Origin: Paraspadella gotoi
Lineage: Eukaryota; Animalia; Chaetognatha
Assembly (NCBI GenBank): GCA_051294375.1
Contig: JBJCIZ010000092.1
Span: 1-8,164 of the forward strand
Direction of reading: 5' to 3'
Length of the DNA stretch: 8,164 nucleotides
This document shows positions 6,400 to 8,164 of this stretch, piece after piece. Positions within the stretch are counted from its first letter, which is position 1. Each line of letters opens with the position of its first letter. The position numbers and the translations under genes are program-made. Below the pieces are notes generated by a model, which was given only the letters and a program-made list of their open reading frames with translations, was not told the DNA's origin and searched no databases.

Positions 6400-6455
6400 C
6401 CGTTGGCCAAAACGAACACCGAGGCGCAAAAGGCAAAAACCAAAAAGAATTTCAT
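6400..6455 (-). CDS. Secreted EF-hand protein, exon 1 (signal peptide)
   Basis: GAAA-ATG, encoding MKFFLVFAFCASVFVLAN(G), with a strong donor GG|gtaaga. It is a classic n/h/c signal peptide ending A-N-G; phase 2 joins exon 2. Confidence 0.8.
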
Positions 6456-7131
6456 TTTCACTCGGCTTTCTTTTTTTTTTCAAAGTTTTACAATGAGTGA
6501 GCGTGCAAGAAGAGAGTCGTGGAAGAAAATGTAGACATTAATGTGAAAGGAGGAAATTAAATAGGTGAAGGAACATGTGAAGATAAGCCTCGGCTCTTGA
6601 CCGTTGAACGTGTCGCCTTCTCACTTGCGTCAGTACGTGAAATCACTGTCTATGACCGGACTATGACCTGTCTGGCTCCTGGTGTCTGAGTCGGTTTATA
6701 AGACATTGCGGCCGTTTAATGCTTTATAATGTACAAGTTGTACATTAGATTATACGATAGGATTCGTTGCCACTCTGATTTACGTAAGCTTTTATGCTAT
6801 TTTGTAAAATTGCCTTTTAACATTTATTTTTTGAAAACGATGACGACCAAAATGATCTTACACTAAATCTAATCCTCGGATCAGGTGAGATCAGACGATG
6901 ACAGAACTTGACAAATTAAAGGTTTTATTATTAGTTTCGAAATTTAAAATTTAAAAAGTTACCATACCTTAGGCTTGGCTAGGCCTGACCTCTTCATCAA
7001 AATGAATAAAACGATTTATGATTGACTTAACATGGCAAGATATGATAGAAATATCATAATCTTAATTCGTTATCCCCGTCTGAGATGCACTTGAAAGTTG
7101 GAAATATCACGCGGCATCAAGAACTCCCGGG

Positions 7132-7490
7132 TCAATTTCGTGTCAAGTTGACATTCGTTGACTTTTGTTCATGACGCTTGTCCTGGCGTAGCGACGCGCC
7201 TTGTCTCGTGAAATGACTCTCCGGGAGCAGGAGGGCGCGAAACACCTAAAAACAAGACACAGAGGAGATCCCAGAGAGACCACCAATGGAACCGATGAGA
7301 GAGAGACAGAATTTATGAGCTCAAGTTTTTAAAAAACAATAATAGTTTTTTATCCGAGCCTAACCGCGAGAGCCGGTCTCAGGTGCTCGATATTGAGTTC
7401 GGGTCTAGCTGTCTTTGGCGGTCGTCGTCCGGCGTCGTCCGCGTTGGGCGTCAACGCGTTTATTGAATATATAAAACTATCAGCGACTTG
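7132..7490 (-). other. Possible two-exon fragment of an unidentified gene
   Basis: Two GC-rich blocks are separated by an intron-like segment 7364-7246 (gttagg...ctctgtgtcttgtttttag). A phase-0 join reads ...NALTPNADDAGRRPPKTARPELNIEHLRPALA|VFRALLLPESHFTRQGASLRQDKRHEQKSTNVNLTRN*. No family recognised; the 5' boundary is uncertain. Confidence 0.3.
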
Positions 7491-8164
7491 TATAGGTGGC
7501 GTGATTACCGCTTTTAGTTTAAATATGAAAACTAAGTTATTCATGAAATTAATGATAACGTTTTACCAAAAAGTGTGCTAGTCATAGTAAGTGTAAAAAT
7601 TTAGATATGGCTTCTCATACTTGAAATAGCTCTGATATTTTTTATTACATTTGGATTTAAAAGTATTTTTTGTTGAATTTTCCACTGCATTCTATGATTT
7701 TAACATGCAATATGCAAATGAGATTATATACTCATTATAAATCATCAGTGTTGAGTTAGATAGAGGATGGCTGTAGATCTAATATTACTGGATGATTTCT
7801 GGGCATACTAGTAGATTGGTTGAAAGGAGGGAATTCATATATTAATAAATCTCTTTTCGACGACGATATCAGGTAAATAAAATGGGAATCTGAAAAAGGG
7901 AACTTTTTAATGCAGGGAATGATAGTGAGTGGAATTTAATACACGTAGAAACTATAGAAAATCTTGCGTTACAAGCTACGATTACAAAAATGTAAACAAT
8001 CTTCATTGAAACAATTGTAAAAATTTTTTTTCTCTTTCTGTTATTTCTTTGAATTATATTAATATATTTCTTACCTATTTGTTGTCAGTTGCTGCTCTTC
8101 TGAACCGCCTTTACAGAGGTTCAGGCGTTCAGGTCTGAGTGATTGTCAAAAAACTGCCATTCCA

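Noticed and set aside
426-6455. Trans-spliced operon of co-oriented genes
   Set aside because: The gaps are 0.9-1.0 kb, and there are no convincing unpaired acceptors before the ATGs.
8100-8124. Hairpin CTGAACC...GGTTCAG
   Set aside because: A 7-bp stem with an 11-nt loop and no supporting context; expected by chance.
1-8164. CRISPR array or prokaryotic system
   Set aside because: There is no repeat-spacer periodicity. Spliceosomal introns and SINEs indicate a eukaryotic locus.

Overview
Eukaryotic (animal, probably invertebrate) genomic DNA with GC-rich exons and AT-rich introns. All recognisable genes are on the minus strand. Left to right: (1) the first coding exon of a mitochondrial-clan cytochrome P450 (ATG 426, running off the left edge; absent from the ORF track). 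(2) An SLC16/monocarboxylate-transporter-like MFS gene (3963->1287). It keeps TM1-4 and TM7(part)-TM12 with intact splice sites. The middle is missing where a tRNA-derived SINE and a DINE-1/HINE-like element sit. (3) A four-exon gene for a ~143-aa secreted four-EF-hand protein (6455->4994). (4) A weaker pair of possible exons at ~7130-7490. A second, inverted SINE copy lies just upstream of the P450. The most notable non-coding signal is a minimal type I hammerhead ribozyme (6093-6141) in sense orientation inside intron 1 of the EF-hand gene. All calls come from reading the sequence by eye; no searches were run.
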